Source of the DNA: Tolypothrix carrinoi HA7290-LM1
Lineage (GTDB): Bacteria; Cyanobacteriota; Cyanobacteriia; Cyanobacteriales; Nostocaceae
DNA: 64,000 bases
Direction: 5' to 3'
Assembly (NCBI GenBank): GCA_019358935.1
Contig: JAHHIK010000016.1
Coordinates: forward strand, 36,046 to 100,045
The translations under genes and the position numbers were made by a program. The first letter of the stretch is position 1; every line of letters starts with the position of its first letter. Positions 59,613-64,000 of the stretch are shown piece after piece. The notes beneath the pieces were generated by a model. It was not told the origin of the DNA. It worked only from the letters and a program-made list of their open reading frames with translations, and did not search any database.

Positions 59613-60209
59613 GTGTTTTGTGTGAATAAAGCAATACATATAGTAGTTTTATTAAGCAGCGCAATTGCTTGGACAATCGGAATTGGCGGATATAGCGATC
59701 GCCTGACTCAAGCAATCCAATTGCGAGATGGTACAGTATATTTTGCCCAACCGCCGCGCCTTACTTATACAGCGACTACATATAACGACGTTTATGTGTG
59801 GGGCGCGACATATTATTTTACAGTCAGCTTGCCAGATAATGCTGGCGAACCTTTACAAAAGATAACTATTAACCAGCATGAGGGAGTAGATGACATTCGG
59901 TTTGAACTGAAAAAAAGTTACGCCTTTGAAGGTACACGTTCTCACGAAGGACAAAAGTTACAACTGACAGATGTTAGCAGAGATAAAAAGACAATATCAA
60001 TAACATTTAACCCGCCAGTGTCTCCAGGTAAAACCATTACAATTGGTTTGAAACCAGTGCAAAATCCTACAGTTAGCGGTGTTTATCTATTTGGGGTCAC
60101 GGCTTTTCCTGCGGGTGAGAAATCACACGGGCAATTTCTCGGTTATGGAAGGCTACAATTTTACAGCCACGGTTTTGACTCTGGATTTTTCCGTCGTCCT
60201 TGGTTTTAA
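59613..60209 (+). CDS. DUF2808 secreted protein
   Basis: Signal peptide, YFAQPPRL, ITFNPPVSPG, YLFGVTAFP. Confidence 0.75.
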   Translation: MFCVNKAIHIVVLLSSAIAWTIGIGGYSDRLTQAIQLRDGTVYFAQPPRLTYTATTYNDVYVWGATYYFTVSLPDNAGEPLQKITINQHEGVDDIRFELKKSYAFEGTRSHEGQKLQLTDVSRDKKTISITFNPPVSPGKTITIGLKPVQNPTVSGVYLFGVTAFPAGEKSHGQFLGYGRLQFYSHGFDSGFFRRPWF

Positions 60210-60210
60210 T

Positions 60211-60264
60211 TCGTAGTGAGCGCTGTCTTCGCTTAGACTTGAGCGAAGACAGCGCTCACTACGA
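60211..60264. repeat. Long GTAG-type hairpin between convergent genes (REP/terminator)
   Basis: TCGTAGTGAGCGCTGTCTTCGCT...AGCGAAGACAGCGCTCACTACGA. Confidence 0.8.
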
Positions 60265-60265
60265 G

Positions 60266-62851
60266 TTACTTATCCTTAAAAGTCCAGACACCTTCATCCC
60301 AATCTGCTTCCGTTGGAGGTTGCTGTAACCAGTGCTGACAACGCCGCAGATGTAACATAGCAGCTTGGTCATGTTTGTCAATTTCTAAAACGTTATCAAA
60401 TTCAGCTTTAGCCTTTTTAAAGTCGCGATTGAGATAATACTCTCGTCCTTTACGATAATACTCAATTACTTGTATTTTTTCGCTTTTTATAGAATCAGAA
60501 CACAAACCGATTAATTCGTATATTGCAACTGGTTCATTTCGACCTTTGACGCGAATGTAATCTAGTTCTCTAGCACAGACTTTATTTTGACATTGTTTAT
60601 AAGTGTTATCACTAAGAATAATGTCGCAGCCGTAGTGTTTGCTAACACTTTCTAAGCGGGAACCAAGGTTAACACCGTCACCGATCGCTGTAAATTCCAT
60701 CCGCTTGCTAGAACCAATATTACCACTAATTACAGTATCCGAATTGATGCCAATACCAATGTTAATTCTCGGCTTACTAGCTGCGTAACGACGGGCATTA
60801 AATTCTTTTAAGCGATCGCGCATTTCTAAAGATGTTTGCACTGCCATCCAAGCGTGTTCTTCTAGGGGTAAGGGGGAACCAAACACCGCCATAATCGCAT
60901 CGCCGATATATTTATCAAGAGTGCCTTTATGTTTGAAAATCGCCTCTACCATCGATTCAAAATATTCGTTGAGCATACTTACCACTTCTTCTGCTTCCAG
61001 GTTTTCAGTTAAAGTGGTGTAGCCGCGAATATCAGAAAATAAAATCGAAACTTCTTTGCGATCGCCTCCTAATTTAGCGTCATCCAATTTCAGCAATTCT
61101 TCTGCTAATTCCTGAGTCATGTAGCGGTACATTGTACTTTTGAGGCGTTTTTCATCGCTGATATCTTCCATGACAACCAGGGCGCCGCGAACTTGCCGAT
61201 TATCGCTTGCATCGGCGATCGTGTTAATTGATAAATTAATACTGTGTTGTTCTATCTGACCGGCAATGAGTGTGCGATCCGGATAATATTGCTGGCTGTA
61301 TTTGAGGTTAGCCGCATTTAAAGCATTCTGACACCACTTACTAAAGTCGCCTTCTTTGATGCGGATGATGTCAGTAATTAATTTACCTTCTAAGCGGTCT
61401 TCTGCGTCAAGTCCTAACAAGCGTTTTGCACTTTCATTTGCGGCGATAATTAACCCGGCTTTATCTGTAGAAACCACACCATTAGAAAGACTGCGTAAAA
61501 TGTCGCGTTGCATTTGTTCTTGTTGTTTAACTGTGGCAAACAACTGAGCATTTTGCAATGCGACTCCTGCTTGAATATTAAAAGCTTCCATAAACTCTTC
61601 ATCGTTGCTGTCAAAACTAGCTTGGAAGCATTCAGGCGCTTTGGGCCATGAATTCGGGTTATAATTGGGAAAATCGCCGGATTTCTTTTTATTTACTAGC
61701 TGGGTAACACCAATCAATTCTTGATCGGCGTTAAACACTGGCATACAAAGTAAGCTACAGGTGCGGTAGCCATTTTGCTTGTCCATGTGTCTGGCTGTAT
61801 CAGAGTCAGGATGATCGTATAAATCAAAAGGAATATTTAGCGTTTTCCCAGATTCTGCTACTTTACCGGCAAAGCCTTTACCGATTGGGATTCGCAACTC
61901 TTTGGTAGAATTATCATCTTGAGTGATTTTCGTCCACAATTCACTCGCTTCGCGATCTATTAACCATAGAGTACTGCGATCGGCGTTCATTAGTTCCTTC
62001 GCTTCGTCCATCACCCGTTTTAGGGTGTCTTCTAAGTCGAGATTGCTTTGAGAAAGAGACTTAATCGCTTTCATCAACGCTGCTGCTGCCCTTTGTTTTT
62101 GGGTTGCGACATAAAAAGAGCGTGATGATTCTAAAATTAGTCTAATTGAAGGGGCGAATTCTTGAAATAATTGTTCGTCAGCGCTGGTAAAGCCTCTAAT
62201 ATCGATTCTGTCGGAAATAGGGGCATCTAGATTGTCAGAAGATAGTAATTTATTCAGTAATTGTACTACTGCAACTAATCGCCCTTGTTGATTTAATAAC
62301 GGCAGAGCTAACATTGTGTAAGTGCGGTAGCCGGTTCTTTTTTCTTGTTCTTGGGCAAATACCGATCGCGGATCTTCATAAAAATCATAGGGGATATTAA
62401 TCGCTCTTTTATACATGGCGACTTCACCGGCAATTCCTTTATTCGCTGGAATGCGAATTTCTAGAGAGCGATCGCCTTCTCCTTCTGCCAAAATTGACCA
62501 AAGTTCTTGTTTTTCTTCATCTAATAAAAATATTGTCGTTCGGTCTGCTCCTAGTAATTCCCCGGTCTTAAGTGTTATAGTATGTAACATTTCTTGCAAA
62601 ATCGTTTCAAACCCTTGGGAATCCAACATGGAAAGGGTTTGATTCACAATCAGCAGTTTTTGTTCTACTTCGGTAACAACCTGTTTAAAAGTATCCTGGG
62701 TGAGGGGAGCCAGAAAATTAGATATAGTGCCTTTTCTTTTGGCGAGGACACCCACAGAAGCAGAATTTGGCTTAAAATCGCCGTTTTCTTGATTGCAAAC
62801 CCCAATAATCAAATCAGCGGTTGACCCGCAACTACGTTGATACACTGACAT
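60266..62851 (-). CDS. cyaB2: Adenylate cyclase GAF-GAF-PAS-CYCc(-TPR)
   Basis: N-terminus KGTISNFLAPLTQDTFKQVVTEVEQKL resembles Anabaena CyaB2 as recalled; FSDIRGYT, DKYIGDAIM, GDGVNLGSRLE. Confidence 0.88.
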   Translation of the reverse strand: MSVYQRSCGSTADLIIGVCNQENGDFKPNSASVGVLAKRKGTISNFLAPLTQDTFKQVVTEVEQKLLIVNQTLSMLDSQGFETILQEMLHTITLKTGELLGADRTTIFLLDEEKQELWSILAEGEGDRSLEIRIPANKGIAGEVAMYKRAINIPYDFYEDPRSVFAQEQEKRTGYRTYTMLALPLLNQQGRLVAVVQLLNKLLSSDNLDAPISDRIDIRGFTSADEQLFQEFAPSIRLILESSRSFYVATQKQRAAAALMKAIKSLSQSNLDLEDTLKRVMDEAKELMNADRSTLWLIDREASELWTKITQDDNSTKELRIPIGKGFAGKVAESGKTLNIPFDLYDHPDSDTARHMDKQNGYRTCSLLCMPVFNADQELIGVTQLVNKKKSGDFPNYNPNSWPKAPECFQASFDSNDEEFMEAFNIQAGVALQNAQLFATVKQQEQMQRDILRSLSNGVVSTDKAGLIIAANESAKRLLGLDAEDRLEGKLITDIIRIKEGDFSKWCQNALNAANLKYSQQYYPDRTLIAGQIEQHSINLSINTIADASDNRQVRGALVVMEDISDEKRLKSTMYRYMTQELAEELLKLDDAKLGGDRKEVSILFSDIRGYTTLTENLEAEEVVSMLNEYFESMVEAIFKHKGTLDKYIGDAIMAVFGSPLPLEEHAWMAVQTSLEMRDRLKEFNARRYAASKPRINIGIGINSDTVISGNIGSSKRMEFTAIGDGVNLGSRLESVSKHYGCDIILSDNTYKQCQNKVCARELDYIRVKGRNEPVAIYELIGLCSDSIKSEKIQVIEYYRKGREYYLNRDFKKAKAEFDNVLEIDKHDQAAMLHLRRCQHWLQQPPTEADWDEGVWTFKDK

Positions 62852-63011
62852 AAGTGGTTTTAGATATAAGATTAGATTTAGGAATGTTTATGAATGTCAT
62901 GAAATGTATGTAAGTGTTGCTGATAGCAACAATCGTTACATATTATCCACAGTTTAATCGGTTGTCGAGCTAGCGTCATCAATTTGGGCGTTGGGCATTG
63001 GTAATGGGGAA

Positions 63012-63139
63012 TGGGGCATAGGTTTGGCTGTGCGTTGGACGGGTTTCCCGGCAGACGCGCATCTGCCGTCATGGGGCATAGGTTTGGCTGTGCGTTGGAC
63101 GGGTTTCCCGGCAGACGCGCATCTGCCGTCATGGGGCAT
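63012..63139. repeat. Exact 60-bp tandem duplication of a structured element within an STRR
   Basis: GGGGCATAGGTTTGGCTGTGCGTTGGACGGGTTTCCCGGCAGACGCGCATCTGCCGTCAT x2. Confidence 0.88.
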
Positions 63140-63325
63140 TGGGCACGCTCGAATTAAAGAAGCGGCTTTTCGATTTGGCGGGTTCTAATACAATTCTTTC
63201 CATGCCCCATGCCCCATTACCAATTACCCATTCCCCAAAAGAAGTGTGAAATTATGTACGCGATCGCCCATCCTTTCACCAAAAACGCATAAAATTCCCA
63301 AATCTGCCATAGCTGCGAGGCGTGT

Positions 63326-63679
63326 ATGAATTGGATTAAAGTACTAACTCAAGATGAACTACCACCTAATGAGCGGAAAGTTGTTAAAGTTGAACAACGC
63401 GCTATTCTACTGCTTCACCATGACAACCAAATATACGCTGTAGAAAATTCCTGTCCGCACTTGGGGCTACCGATGCGAAAGGGCAAACTAACAGAAGATA
63501 AAGCGATTATTTGTCCTTTTCACCGCAGCGCCTTCGACTTACGTACCGGTAATATTAAGGATTGGAGTCCTTTTCCCCCCGGTATTGGCAAGGTGATGGG
63601 GATGATGTCTAAAGAAAAAGCACTAGCTGTTTTTCCTACCCGTGTGGATGAAGGTAGTATCTGGGTAGGATTACAATAA
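63326..63679 (+). CDS. Rieske (2Fe-2S) ferredoxin
   Basis: CPHLG ... CPFHRSAFDLRTG. Confidence 0.92.
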   Translation: MNWIKVLTQDELPPNERKVVKVEQRAILLLHHDNQIYAVENSCPHLGLPMRKGKLTEDKAIICPFHRSAFDLRTGNIKDWSPFPPGIGKVMGMMSKEKALAVFPTRVDEGSIWVGLQ

Positions 63680-63704
63680 CTTCAGGCTATAAGCCTGAGG
63701 TCAA

Positions 63705-63812
63705 TACAGCACATTGCAGGTCAATGAGGTACACCATTAAATCTCTAAAACTCTTGTGGGGTGGGCAGAAAGTGCCCGCCCCCTTGTACCTCACTCACAT
63801 TAAAACCACTGT
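63705..63812. mobile_element. Short MITE with imperfect TIRs
   Basis: ACAGC...TGAGGTACA / TGTACCTCA...CACTGT inverted ends. Confidence 0.55.
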
Positions 63813-64000
63813 CCAGGTCAGCTATTACCGAAATGTTAGGTTTAACCGTTGGTGCGGGTGCAGCTTTCTGTTGAGTTACGGATGCTGTTGGCGAAATATT
63901 TCTTAACATTTGAAAGGTTGGCAAACCCATTGTTGCAGAAGACGTTGGGTTTTACGGCAAAAGCAGATTCCTGTTAGGACTTACGCACTATACAAATTGA

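Noticed and set aside
63012..63139. Possible CRISPR array
   Set aside because: Two fully identical 60-bp units with no unique spacers, and no cas genes in the window
63745..63975. Minus-strand ORF fragment between two MITE ends
   Set aside because: No recognisable motif, and its context is cut by the window edge

Overview
Chromosomal window from a heterocyst-forming cyanobacterium (Nostocales). This is inferred from a PatA ortholog, psb30, very frequent HIP1 octamers (GCGATCGC) and heptameric STRR arrays. Most genes are housekeeping, metabolic or signalling: patA, cobA/cbiX, katB, tRNA-His, sbtA-sbtB-carbonic anhydrase, susA, cax, GH57, sppA, fni, murE, cysH, sbcD, recJ, psb30 and cyaB2. A dense layer of small repeats and mobile DNA lies over them. 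Highlights: (1) An Rpn (DUF2887) nuclease with an internal SD+ATG is followed by a separate, diverged, intact copy of just that C-terminal module, a candidate extra antitoxin. (2) Two four-helix-bundle (IVP/bAvd-like) genes are each enclosed by inverted heptamer arrays. One is split by an IS630, which is itself split by a 188-bp element. (3) A dynamin-KGK-KGK-HNH locus has a dynamin that appears to carry an in-frame deletion joined at a HIP1 site. (4) A family of ~45-nt structured elements inserts precisely into copies of itself and in-frame into recJ. No CRISPR array or rRNA was seen. All family assignments come from recognised motifs and recalled homologs, not from database searches.
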